Source: the human T2T-CHM13v2.0 reference genome, Homo sapiens. Taken from it: a stretch of DNA of 64,000 nt. A program made the position numbers and the translations under genes. The DNA is taken from NCBI RefSeq assembly GCF_009914755.1, contig NC_060930.1, one strand, 5' to 3'. A model generated the notes under the pieces. That model saw only the letters and a program-made list of their open reading frames with translations. It searched no databases and had not been told where the DNA came from. Position 1 is the first letter of the stretch, and each line of letters opens with the position of its first letter. Of the stretch, positions 12,973 through 25,925 are shown in pieces.

Positions 12973-13554
12973 AAATAAGGAATAGGTAATACTATTGTCA
13001 AATCTTGGGTTAGGCTATTTCAGGACAGTTGAACTTAAAGAAATCTCATGGTTATGAAAATCATAAGTGTTTCTACCAAGTTGCAGAGCACAGAGAAACA
13101 GTTCTCCTATTGTAGGTGAACTTATTAATTATAATTATCAAAAGTGGGATTCATTTCATGATTCACACCTTACACTATGGGGATTCCTTGTGAAGAATTT
13201 ATAATGGGTACAATGGATTGGCTGGCTTCCTAAAATGTCCTAGGAGATGGAAGCTTATTAAAAGGTGACTTCTCAAATATGTAATTATATTATACATGAT
13301 CGTCCTTTGAAAAGAAGGATTCACATGTATATAAAACCAGGTATTTAAATTACATTTCTTCAATTACTTGGTTAATGTGATTACTCAGCTGATGAAAATT
13401 CATAGTAGATTTGCTTGGGGTTAATGACGAGGTTTAGACATAGCGACAGAAATAATTATGAGATTAAAGACAGAATTATCTTTTATGTTTTTGAATTTAA
13501 TTTCTCTTTATAATTAAAATTGAAAAAGAATATAATATGAAACAAAATTTGTAA

Positions 13555-13593
13555 GTACTCACATATGCAGTTTGTTTTTGTTTTAATTTTCAG
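13555..13593 (+). promoter_or_regulatory. Predicted 3' splice site upstream of TAAR8 CDS
   Basis: Branch-like TACTCAC, then tttgtttttgttttaattttCAG| at 13593, 65 nt before ATG. Confidence 0.6.
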
Positions 13594-13658
13594 AATTCAA
13601 AATTATAATTCCCTATCACAAGGAAGGACAGAAATAGCAAACAACAAACAGCAGAACC

Positions 13659-14687
13659 ATGACCAGCAATTTTTCCCAACCTGTTGTGCAGCTTTGCTAT
13701 GAGGATGTGAATGGATCTTGTATTGAAACTCCCTATTCTCCTGGGTCCCGGGTAATTCTGTACACGGCGTTTAGCTTTGGGTCTTTGCTGGCTGTATTTG
13801 GAAATCTCTTAGTAATGACTTCTGTTCTTCATTTTAAGCAGCTGCACTCTCCAACCAATTTTCTCATTGCCTCTCTGGCCTGTGCTGACTTCTTGGTAGG
13901 TGTGACTGTGATGCTTTTCAGCATGGTCAGGACGGTGGAGAGCTGCTGGTATTTTGGAGCCAAATTTTGTACTCTTCACAGTTGCTGTGATGTGGCATTT
14001 TGTTACTCTTCTGTCCTCCACTTGTGCTTCATCTGCATCGACAGGTACATTGTGGTTACTGATCCCCTGGTCTATGCTACCAAGTTCACCGTGTCTGTGT
14101 CGGGAATTTGCATCAGCGTGTCCTGGATTCTGCCTCTCACGTACAGCGGTGCTGTGTTCTACACAGGTGTCAATGATGATGGGCTGGAGGAATTAGTAAG
14201 TGCTCTCAACTGCGTAGGTGGCTGTCAAATTATTGTAAGTCAAGGCTGGGTGTTGATAGATTTTCTGTTATTCTTCATACCTACCCTTGTTATGATAATT
14301 CTTTACAGTAAGATTTTTCTTATAGCTAAACAACAAGCTATAAAAATTGAAACTACTAGTAGCAAAGTAGAATCATCCTCAGAGAGTTATAAAATCAGAG
14401 TGGCCAAGAGAGAGAGGAAAGCAGCTAAAACCCTGGGGGTCACGGTACTAGCATTTGTTATTTCATGGTTACCGTATACAGTTGATATATTAATTGATGC
14501 CTTTATGGGCTTCCTGACCCCTGCCTATATCTATGAAATTTGCTGTTGGAGTGCTTATTATAACTCAGCCATGAATCCTTTGATTTATGCTCTATTTTAT
14601 CCTTGGTTTAGGAAAGCCATAAAACTTATTTTAAGTGGAGATGTTTTAAAGGCTAGTTCATCAACCATTAGTTTATTTTTAGAATAA
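13659..14687 (+). CDS. TAAR8: Trace amine-associated receptor 8, 342 aa, intronless CDS
   Basis: 7TM class A GPCR: GN, LACAD, D3.32 (CCD111), [20 protein letters not shown]; good Kozak (ACCATG); matches human TAAR8. Confidence 0.98.
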   Translation: MTSNFSQPVVQLCYEDVNGSCIETPYSPGSRVILYTAFSFGSLLAVFGNLLVMTSVLHFKQLHSPTNFLIASLACADFLVGVTVMLFSMVRTVESCWYFGAKFCTLHSCCDVAFCYSSVLHLCFICIDRYIVVTDPLVYATKFTVSVSGICISVSWILPLTYSGAVFYTGVNDDGLEELVSALNCVGGCQIIVSQGWVLIDFLLFFIPTLVMIILYSKIFLIAKQQAIKIETTSSKVESSSESYKIRVAKRERKAAKTLGVTVLAFVISWLPYTVDILIDAFMGFLTPAYIYEICCWSAYYNSAMNPLIYALFYPWFRKAIKLILSGDVLKASSSTISLFLE

Positions 14688-14763
14688 GTTTAAGCACTAA
14701 GTTGAGAAAATTAAGAATATTTTTAAAATTATGAATTTATAAGGAAATTAAATATAAGAAACA

Positions 14764-14769
14764 AATAAA
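14764..14769 (+). terminator. Candidate polyadenylation signal for TAAR8
   Basis: AATAAA about 77 nt after the stop. Confidence 0.35.
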
Positions 14770-14990
14770 ACTTTTCAAAATTGGAGAAATATATCACTTT
14801 TCAAATTAACCAGGAAAAAGGTCACAGGAAGATTAAACTATTAAACTATTGTAAAGATATTGACTACATTAAATAATAAATGATAAAGTGGTTCACACAT
14901 GTCACTTGTCTCTATGTTTTGTACACATCCTTGCCACATGCACTTGTTTTTTCCGATTTACTGAATTCTGAATTGCATTTTTGGATGTGA

Positions 14991-15347
<357 letters not shown>

Positions 15348-15377
15348 GTGGCCATTCTTTAAGTGTCTTTTGCAACA

Positions 15378-15772
15378 CTGTATTAGTTGGCTAGAGCTGC
15401 ATTCTTTAAGTGGTTTTTGTATTATTTGGCTAGGGGTGCAATAAGGAAGTATCACAGACTGGATGGCTTAAACAACAAAAGTGTATTTTCCCATGATTTT
15501 ACTGTCTGGAAGTCCAAGGTCTAGGTGTCAGCAGGGTGAATTTCTTTTGAGGGCCTCTTTCCTTGACTTGCAGATGGCTGTCTTCTTTTAGTGTCCTCAC
15601 CTGGTCTTTCTCTGTGTGCGTGTGTCCTAAACTCCTCTTCGCATAAAGATAAGCAGTCATATTGGATTATGGTCCACCCTAATCACTTCATTTTGACTTA
15701 ATTATCTAGACTTGAGTACTAGGGGTTAGAGCTTCAACATATGAATTTGGGGTAACAATTCAGTTCATAACA
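15378..15772 (-). mobile_element. MaLR LTR (MLT1A-like)
   Basis: cacagactggatggcttaaacaaca...gaagtccaagg...gcttcaacatatgaatttgggg. Confidence 0.8.
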
Positions 15773-17256
15773 GACACAGTCCACGTGGGATGATACTACC
15801 AAAGGGTCTGTTTATTTGCTGCTCTTCTGTGACTATTCCTCCCGGTTTCTTTAATGATTGTGCCTTCCAGGAGTTTGGGAGGCAGCAGGTAAGCCTCTCC
15901 TGCTTAATGGCTGGGCAGAATCTTAGCATGCTCACCCATAATATGGTGGAACCCATAATTCAGCCTTGGGATCAGGAAGTAACTATAGACATTGCCCAGA
16001 AATGTTTCATGTGAAAAAATCTACCACAAAAAGGTTGGCACAAAGATTATTAGCAAATGGAAATTGTGCAAGAATAACCAATGATCACCAGTAGTTGTTA
16101 TTTCTATGTCAACTTTTATCTCCTGAAAATAATGTATAACTTGCTTCCACAACTTTTCTTAATAGTTTTTCTCACACTAAAAATAATGTGCATTTCACTA
16201 CCTGAGTGTTGCAGAGTCAAAATTCTATGCTAATACTGTAAAAAAAAAGTGTATTAAAATAGTATAAACAATGTGTGCTATAACTTTACATTTTACTCTC
16301 TGGAAAAGTTTATACTTGGTTCAATAGAAGTCATTTTGGAATTCATATCTAGAGTATTCTGTATAATGCTTTTGTTGGTACCATGTGATAACCTTTTTGG
16401 GCATAGATGGCTGAATTAGAGTTGGACAGGTGATTTTAGGAAAACTCTTCAATAGGCTTGGTTAAGTCCATCACATCATCACTCAAAAGAGTAAGAACTG
16501 AAACACCAAATCCGTTAATACTGAACTTTAGAATGAAGGCTGCTGTATCTTGCCTAAGTTTTATTTCTCTGAGTTTTAAGTGGTCATTGTTTCTTTTATT
16601 ACTGTGACAAAAACCATACTTATCACCAAAACATATTTAGCACATACTTAGAGATGAAACATTTGAAGTGTATCTTTTAGGCTCCAGCTAAAGACAAGAT
16701 GGTCCAATATTTTCACATTGCTAGTTAACACACCTAGATGAGAGAAAAATCAATATAGAAATTCAAAAATAGGAATTTAAACTATTATTTGCAGGTAATA
16801 TGACTGAAAATAAATTTGTCTGTCTGCCTTATTACCGTTGAGAACTAGTCCCAGACATCAACAACTCTTACCCTGATGTAGAAATAGATTACAAGAAATA
16901 CATTTTTCTGTAATTATTTAGTTTACTTAAGATGCAAAATGTACTCAGTGACCTTGAATTATAAAATATATATCACCAAAGAAAATTTTCTTACTACATT
17001 TATTTAAAAAAATTCCTATGTGGGACATCTTCTTCCGGTAATGGTAGAATAGGTTACTTATTCCATTCTCCTAGTGAGAAGATTCAGGAAATCTGGAAAA
17101 AGTGTTTTAAAAATCTTTAAAATATCAGAAAGATATAAAGGCAGTCAATAATTATTTAAGATCCAGGGAAAAAGGAAATTCAGAGAGGTGAATCTAAACT
17201 TTAGGGCCAATACCAAAAGGGGCATCTGAGAAGATGAAGAGTGAAGCAGAGCTTTT

Positions 17257-18060
17257 AAAAATTATTATTATTTCAATAGTTCTGTGGGTACTGGTGGTTT
17301 TGTTTACATGGATAAGTTCTTTAGTGGTGATTTCTGAGATTTTAATGCACTCATCACCTGAGCAGTGTACATTGTACCCAGTATGTATTCACCCCCCCCA
17401 ACCTTCTCCCCTGAGTCCCCAAAGTCCATTATATCACTCTTAAGCCTTTGCATTCTCATAGCTTAGCTCCCATTTAAGTGAGAACATACAATATTTGGTG
17501 TTCCATTCCTGAGTCACTTCAGTTAGAATAATGGCCTCCAGCTCCATCCAAGTTGCTGGAAAAGACATTATTTTGTTCCTTTTTATGGCTGAGTGGTATT
17601 TCATGGTGTATATGTACTACATTTTCTTTAACCACTTGTTAGTCAGTGGGCACTTAGATTGGTTCCATATCTTTGCAATTGCAAATTGTGATGCTATAAA
17701 CATGAGTGTGCATGTGTCTTTTTCATAAACTGACTTCTTTTCCTTTGGGTAGATACCCAGTAACGGGATTGCTGGATCGAATGGTAGTTCTATGTTTAGC
17801 TCTTTAAGAAATCTTCGTATTGTTTTCCATAGTGATTGTACTAATTTACATTCCCACCAGCAGTGTAAAAGTGTTCCCTTTCACCACATCCATGCCAACA
17901 TCTATTGTTTTTGACTTTTTAGTTGTGGCCATTCTTGCAGAAGTAAGGTGGTATCTCATTGTGGTTTTAATTTCCCCGATGATTAGTGATGTTAAACAAT
18001 TTTTCATATGTTTGTTGGCTGTTTGTACATCTTCTTTTGATAAATGTCTATGCATGTCCT
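17257..18060 (-). mobile_element. L1PB-like 3' end, 5'-truncated, inserted in older L1M sequence
   Basis: L1 3'UTR and ORF2 C-terminal sequence; perfect 15-bp TSD TGAAGCAGAGCTTTT at 17242-17256 and 18061-18075. Confidence 0.9.
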
Positions 18061-18909
18061 TGAAGCAGAGCTTTTGACAACCTGATAGGGTTAGTGGGAA
18101 ATGATTAGATTTTAGAGTCTAACAAGAAAAATGAGCCCAGGCAGCACCGACCACTAATGGTTTTTGTTACAGTCTGGAAGACTACTATTCTCTAAACATC
18201 AGGGTAAGACTTCACTTCAGATAGTCTCAATGTCTATAATGGAGAAAAGGATTATCCCAGATTGTTGTTTTTTTCTAGCCACACACCACAAGTAAAGGCA
18301 CATTTTCTCTGGAGAAGCATAATATCTCAGTTCTCAAGTTATTACATCAACTTTTCATATAGAATGTCTCAACTCAATTTAAACAGGAAAAAGGAGAAAA
18401 GATAATATCATGAAAATCAACAGAAATGGTGGAAAAAAGTTTAAAAACCAATGGGAAATTCATATTATGCTTTACAGTAACTAACTTGATTACCTTTAAC
18501 AGTTTTTAATATAACAAAGCTGACCACATTCAAGGAAATAATCATGTTTGGAAACTGTAAACCATTTTTAAAAATCAAAGTTCTAGATCTGAAAATTACT
18601 GCTCTCTGCTTCTCAAGCCACAAAGAATCCAGACATTGGTTATGTAGAGGTCTACAAATGGGTTATACAAAAATAGTATCTATGTGCTGTCTGTCTCCTA
18701 CCTCCTATCTCTCACAGGTCAAAATTCATGCCACAGAAAGTTTGTCCCCTGAAACTGTAGGGTATCTTCATTTGGCCACTTCAATAACCTTTGCAAAAGT
18801 GAATTCCCACACCACTTGAGTCTTGAAGTGATGGGAGAAACTAGTCTCTGGGCATTGGCCACAAACCATGGACCCTCATGCCACTAATGGGTTTGGTGTC
18901 CTCAGGGGT

Positions 18910-19696
18910 GTCTTAGAGTAAGCAGTAAAGTGTTAATCAGAGAATACGAAGATGCACAAATACGATGGTCTGATACAAATGCCCATGGGACAAGGAAGAA
19001 ATCAAACTGAAAATTAGAAAATATTATTAATTGGATGATAAAATAAGACAAATAAAATAAAATAGCAAATAACAAAAATTGTAGAATGCAAGGGAGAAAT
19101 TTCTGATTTGGACTGTGATGACACCGCTTGATCAAACCATCTCCCCCACTTAGGACAATTATAAAAGCTCAACTGAACACGTAGAACAACTGTTTAAAGT
19201 ATTGGATAGCAACTATGACAGCCTAGAATTGTTGGACAAAATTCTAGAGAGAAAGGAAGCACATTGAAGTGAGCTGGGCCTTCTGCAAAAATTCTTATAT
19301 TCACAACAGCATCTATTCTTGCTGTGACACGTACAGGCTAAGCAGAAAATGGTGTCCTAAACCAGTCAATAGTCTCCAATTGCTGTATGGAAAAAATTTG
19401 TAGTTTAGGGACCAAAGAAGCCAGTGTTTAAGAAACCAACACTCAGGAGAAGGGAGAATAGCAGAGAAGTGAGGGCAGCATCCCGTGTTGCTTTTGCCCT
19501 TGGACATTTTTCCGAATTCTGAAATTCTCTGTGGCTAAGAACCCAAGAAACAAAGAAAAATGCAATTGCTAAGAAGCTAAGCACGACTTTGGCAGTCTCT
19601 TGTAACTGGAGAGGCAAAAATTGGAGTTCAGGGGCTGCTGCAGAGAAAAGACAAAGGCAAACACCCCAGGATTCCAATTGAGACCTCTTGCGGGAA
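18910..19696 (+). mobile_element. Old L1M fragments (ORF2 piece, then 5'UTR-like segment)
   Basis: caaggaagaaatcaaactgaaaattagaaaatat (ORF2-like); aaaattggagttcagggg...aaacaccccaggattccaattgagacc (L1M4/L1MB 5' like). Confidence 0.55.
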
Positions 19697-20239
19697 GGTA
19701 TCAAAGTGGTAGCACTTTTTTTTTTTTTTTTAAACGGAGTCTCGCTCTGTCGCTCAGGCTAGAGTGCAGTGGCATGACCTTGGCTTACTGCAACCTCCGC
19801 CTCCTGGGTTCAAGTGATTCTCCTGCCTCAGGAGTGCGCCACCACACCTGGATAATTTTTGTATTTTTAGTAGAGATGGGTTTCACCATGTTGGTCAGGC
19901 TGGTCTCGAACTCCTGACCTCATGATCCACCTGCCTTGGCCTCCCAAGTGCTGGGATTACAGGCGTGAACCACTGTGCCCAGCTTAAAGTGGTAGCATTT
20001 TAAACCTCATGGTTACTATATATGATGATTGATTCATTCGTTGGTTCTCTTTGGGGTTTTATCATACCTTCCTATGTTTATGAGATATTTTCCTAGTTTG
20101 GTTACTCTAACTGTGTTCCAAATACTTTGATTTACGCTTTATTTTACCCTTGGCTTAGGGGTGCAATAAAACTTATTATAACTGGACAATATGAAAAGAC
20201 AGTTTATCAACCATAAACTTATTCTCTAAATCAGCCTAA
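19697..20239 (+). pseudogene. TAAR7P: TAAR pseudogene relic (TM6 to C-terminus), Alu-interrupted; syntenic with TAAR7P
   Basis: Reads GIKVVA [Alu] [65 protein letters not shown] / frameshift / [14 protein letters not shown]; absent from the ORF track; lies between TAAR8 and TAAR6. Confidence 0.88.
19716..19985 (-). mobile_element. AluS (Sc/Sg-like) with internal deletion, inserted in TAAR7P TM6
   Basis: 12-bp TSD AAAGTGGTAGCA at 19703-19714 and 19986-19997. Confidence 0.93.
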
Positions 20240-21229
20240 ATTTGAAATTAAGGAATTTGTGATATAATGAGAATTTTCCAGCAATAATGATATGAAAAAC
20301 AGTGTGTGAATATAATACATTATTTGGAAAGATGAATGGTACTTCAATTTTAATTGCATAAGCTTTATACTTTTATTGTTTTGTTGAAGTGGACATTTTT
20401 AAGCATTTGATAGAAACATATTTACTAAATGATCGTTAATACAAGGTTCGTATTTCCAGTTTCTGCAAATCTGCCACTTCCCTACTTTGTCAGTTGTTAG
20501 TTATTTTCCTCCTCCAGACCTTCATTTCATACTTAACTTCTGTCACTTTCAAAGGTTTCCTGGTTCCCTAGTCCCTGTGTAAGTCTTGCCCTCTATGTCT
20601 TTCTCTAGATTGGATTTGCCTTGCTTTCATTTTCAGAAGCTTATTTCTTGGGGTCCAGTTTTTCTGCAGCTTCTAACAGGCCTCTGAGCTTTATACATCA
20701 GCCATTACAGGCCCAGGACAGAACTCATATTTTATATTTTGGAGATGTTTCACAAATGTGGAAATAGCCTTGGTTCAATTTCTGCAATGGTGATTTTTAT
20801 GGGATAGTTTTTCGCATCGCATACGGGTTGTTATTTTATGTTTCAGTCATAATATAAGGCATTTTGCTGTCTTTTTTTTCTGTAAACACTATCCAAAGTT
20901 TGCACATTGTTGATGATGAAAATAATAATGTATTTTAAATTATAGGAAAAGAATAGTTTATTCAGGAAATGATGATTGGACATATGGTTTTTTGGAAAAA
21001 TATTGCTAAGCATCTTGTCTCATATCATTTACAAAATCAAAGCTGATTTCTTCTAGAGGTTACAAAATTAGAAGAAAATATTGCTTTCATAATTTTCTAT
21101 TGTCAGAATCATAACAGAAAACCCTAATTGTCATGTGCTCAATTTAAATATCTTAAACTTCGAGACAAAAATTAGGGAAGAAAAGAGAACTTTTGAAAAG
21201 CTATGGATAGCATGCTTAATGGAACAAGA

Positions 21230-21615
21230 ATACACCATGGAATACTATGCAGCCATAAAAAAGAACAAGATCATGTCCTCTGCAGGAACATGGATGGAGC
21301 TGGAAGCCATTATCCTTAGCAAACTAATGTGGGAACAGAAAACCGAATACAGCATGTTCTCACTTATAAGTGGGAGCTAAATGATGAGAACACACAGACA
21401 CAAAGAGGAGAACAACAGACAATGGGGCCTATTCGAGGGAGGAGGGTGGAAGGAGGGGGAGGATCAGGAAAAATATCTATCCAGTACTATGCTTAGTACC
21501 TGGGTGACAAAATAGTCTGCATATTAAACCCCCGTGACACAAGTTTACCTGTATCACAAACCTGCACATGTGCCCCTGAACCTAAAATAAAAGTTAAAAA
21601 AAATAAAAAGAAAGA
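21230..21615 (+). mobile_element. L1PA (older subfamily) 3' end
   Basis: ORF2 C-terminal YTMEYYAAIKKN..., 3'UTR and A-rich tail. Confidence 0.9.
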
Positions 21616-21617
21616 AA

Positions 21618-22092
<475 letters not shown>

Positions 22093-25000
22093 TTGAAACA
22101 CACAATTTGCTTGATTCTGCAGTTCTATTTCTAGCAATTAATCCTAGGAAAAGAGCCTGGCAATTAAGCACACATTACAAGCATATTTGTTGCATAACTC
22201 TTAACTATTAATTGGGAAAAACCTACATCAATATGGAATAAATTAAATAAATTGTACTTTATGTATGTAACGGAATGTTATGAAGTCCTTAAAAAGTGCT
22301 AAGAGTTCCTGTACAAACTTACATGTGAAGACAATCACAATATTTTTTTTTACTAAAGACAAAACAAAAAACTCTAATATAGCTTACAAAACAGTATATA
22401 TAATACAGCCCCTATATATGTAATGTATGTTCTTATATGCATTCTTACAAAGTCTCATCTTATGTATTACAGGCAGTGTGTATGTGGGTGGAGGAGGGAA
22501 TAATTACTTTGTAAATTATCTCGTTTGTGATAAAATAATATGTTAAAATTGATAAAGCCATTTCACATATCTCAGTTCTGATCTGAGCATTGAAATAAGG
22601 GTTATCTGTTTGTTTGTTTTCATTCAAGGAGAATATCTTTTGAGTATGTATCTGTGGCATATAGCTTTTTAACATATGAAATGAAATAATAGCTGCATTG
22701 GTATATTTCAGAAACTACATTTTAAAGGCATTAATGTATCTTAGGAATTACATCTTAATTTATTAATGTATTATAAGTGTTATTTTGCAGCAGGTCTATC
22801 AGATCTTCCAACTCTTTCTTCTAAAAGTTAATTATGTGCTATATTCAGGAGTGACAGAAGCTACCAGGAGTCATTCCCAAATCCATTTCCTCCATGAACA
22901 TGTGGCTAGTTACACAGTAAGAATTAATTCAAGAATTTTGTTAATATGGTAAAATAAAGGCCAAATAGCTCTAGGAACAGAATAGTGAATAGGTAAGGTT
23001 TTCTGTAGAAGGTAGGATATCTTATAGTGTCCCAATTCCCATTAGCACAGCGACTTGAGTTGTATCCTGAGAGTCATCCTGACTAGATGTGGGAGCCCAT
23101 TTGGAGTTTTCTCAGATGTCTCATACTGTGAATGTCTGATTGAAAACCCAGGGCATAGAGTTAGGACTGTGACCCTGTAACAATACTGATTGAAGTGTTA
23201 AAATGGCACCTCAGTAGTCATACCTGATTTCAGAAATATCAGAGTACTACGAAAGAGTGTATTTGGAAGAGTTTTACACAAGGTTTGTAATTACATGGAT
23301 AGATACAGGGTGATTGGCATAGGAAATGAAAACCAAACAAACAAAAGCAAAGTTGGGCTTTTAAAGTCACTGACTGTCAGGAAAGGACTTAGAGCAAAAG
23401 CATGGAAGGCAATATTTTTTTAACAGCCCCCATCTTAGACCTGACATTTCTTTAAAAACTTAATGACTTCCTAGCAATAGAAAGAAGGCTAAGCCAGCCC
23501 ATCAGCACTAGCCACAGGATTCAGAGACCTGTGGCTGAGACATATGCATTGGAAGAGGAAGACTTCACAACAAGGTTGGAAGGAAAACTTGCCTTCTTGG
23601 AGGTAAAATGCTGCTAAGTGTGCTCCTTAAAGTTAGGGAAATGCATTCCTCAAGACAGACCACAAAGAGTAGCCACAGATAATAATATGGAGGTCAAGTC
23701 CACTGGAACTTGGATGCCATCCTGGGGAAAAGGAGTAAACCCTAAATGTACTGAGATTTATTTATTGTACCCAAAGGAATGCAAGCATATAAGCAAATTT
23801 AAGTGAATTGCAGAAAAGTAAATTACATTCATAGCATACCTGAGTGTGTGATACCAAAGATTTGTACCTATCATCAAGTATATTTTTGTCCTCTCTCCTC
23901 CCACACACTGACCTTTGCATAAATCCAAACTGCTTGGAAAATGAACGCAGGTGTGATCAGTTTTAATCTTGTGCACGTTTCTCATTTATTCCATGCTGCT
24001 GCCTAAACAATGCCTGTGTTACAACAACACAAGCCTTCTTGTCAATCCTGACAATGCATGACACCTCCTCTTCTCCAAGACTTGACACACACACTCTTCT
24101 CTCTTTCTTGGTTAAGTTTTCCGTGTTTTTACCTTCAATTTGTCTCCTCAGCCAACTAGACCCAACTTTAAGTTCACCTCATTGTTATATTTTCTCCATA
24201 CATTCTTGGAGAAAGTGTGTATTGCTCCATTATTTTGTTATTCCACTGTAGAACACGTCTAGGATGCTGGACTCCCCTCATAAGTTTATTTCATACAGTT
24301 GTGGTGAAGGTCATATTTCCTGGTCCCTCCTGCACTGGATGAGCATATCTTAGATGATAAATTCTCTCAAGCATTCAAGTTTCCCTAAGTATTTGGATGC
24401 CTTTCTTGACAACAAAGAAAAGAAGTTCTGACCTTTCATCTTCTGTTGGTATTACATTTGGATCCATATTTCAATCATCTGACCAAGCAATCTGTTGGAG
24501 CTCTTCCTAGCTCCTTGAACTAAAATAGTTAATATAGACTGTCTGCGTAGTGGGTTCATATCAATATATTCAGCTCAATCCAACTTTACATTCTTTCCAT
24601 ATTGGTATTATATGGTTTAGATTCAGTCCCATAGATAGTTTTCAGGTTTCTGCTAGTATATATTGTCAAAATCATCCAACTTTTTTGATTTGCGTTGTAC
24701 CTCCTGATGGGTCACACTATGTACCTCTCCTATTTGGACCGGAGACTGACTGTAAGTCAGTCTAAAAGCAAGAAAAGGTATTAAGAGTAGGTTCTGAGGA
24801 AGATCAGCAGTACGTTGTAAGGCAACTACCTCAGAAGAGGACATTATAGATTCTTTACCTGAGAGGAGACTGACCTCCTCAGACAGGGCTGAAAAGGCTG
24901 CCTCGACTGGCAGAAGAGGCTCGACCCAATTTAGGAGTTCGAGGTTCCCAGTTTTATAAACATCTGTCTATATGTCACCATAGTAATTTTCAGAACCCCT

Positions 25001-25744
25001 TTCCTTCTAAATCAGTTCCAGGATTTTAATAAAAGAGACCCTGGGAATCTGGAAACTGAGTTCACTTTGTAATTCAACCACCTACAAAATTAGACTTTGG
25101 GTTTAATATTCAGAAACATATCCCTGTGGCAATAAGAGATAGGAGATTCTTTCAGTGCATTCGTAGAAGCTCTCATGTCCTCCTAGCCTATAAAACTTAC
25201 CCTTTTCTTTCCCCAAGTTCTCCAGAGCAGTTAAAAGTAACTAACCAACACATTATACTCCTCACTTTTGTTAAAATGTTGTATGGCAGCAAACCCATGG
25301 TCCCCCAGAGCCTTTTCTGTAAGCATTTGACTATAAGTGTCTACAGATGATACTTTGAGTAAATGTTTTGCCGCTGTATGCCACAGAATACCAGTTCCCT
25401 ATCTATCACTGGAAACAGAGTCAGTAATACCTTTAAATATGCTTATACCAGATAATCGATTCCAGAAAACCAGAACCTATTCAGAGATTTCCTCTTAACA
25501 TTCAGTTCCTGTGGAACATTGTTCTTTTATCATTATATAATGTCCCTCTTTATTTATTAAAGTACTATTTGTGTAAATTTTACATTGTCTGCTATTTATA
25601 TAACCATACCTGCTTTTTAAATGCTTATTATTATAGTATATCTCTCTCAATTCTTTTTTTTAAACTGTCTGTATTTAAAATGTATCTCCTGTAGGCAGTA
25701 TATAGTTAGGTATTGCTTTTTTAATGCACTCTGAAAATCTCAGC

Positions 25745-25925
25745 TTATTAATATATATACTTATTTATATATTTATACACTTAGTATATTTATATATAAA
25801 TATATATTAATAAGTATATATTTATACTTATTAATATATATTTATATATACATATTATATAAATATACTTATTAATCTATATTACATTTTATATATAAAG
25901 TACTGCAATTAAATATATATAACAT
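25745..25925. repeat. AT-rich low-complexity tract containing a perfect inverted repeat, within minus-strand L1M remnants
   Basis: (TA)-rich; arms 25791-25818 and 25823-25850. Confidence 0.9.

Noticed and set aside
13954-14196. Alternative-frame and antisense ORFs shared by TAAR8 and TAAR6 (13954/31581, 13809/31448)
   Set aside because: Expected by-product of high nucleotide identity between paralogous CDSs; non-ATG or weak starts.
19640-19675. [10 protein letters not shown] resembling [14 protein letters not shown] just upstream of the relic
   Set aside because: Lies in sequence I recognise as L1M 5' region, and its spacing and frame do not join the GIKVVA segment; probably coincidence.
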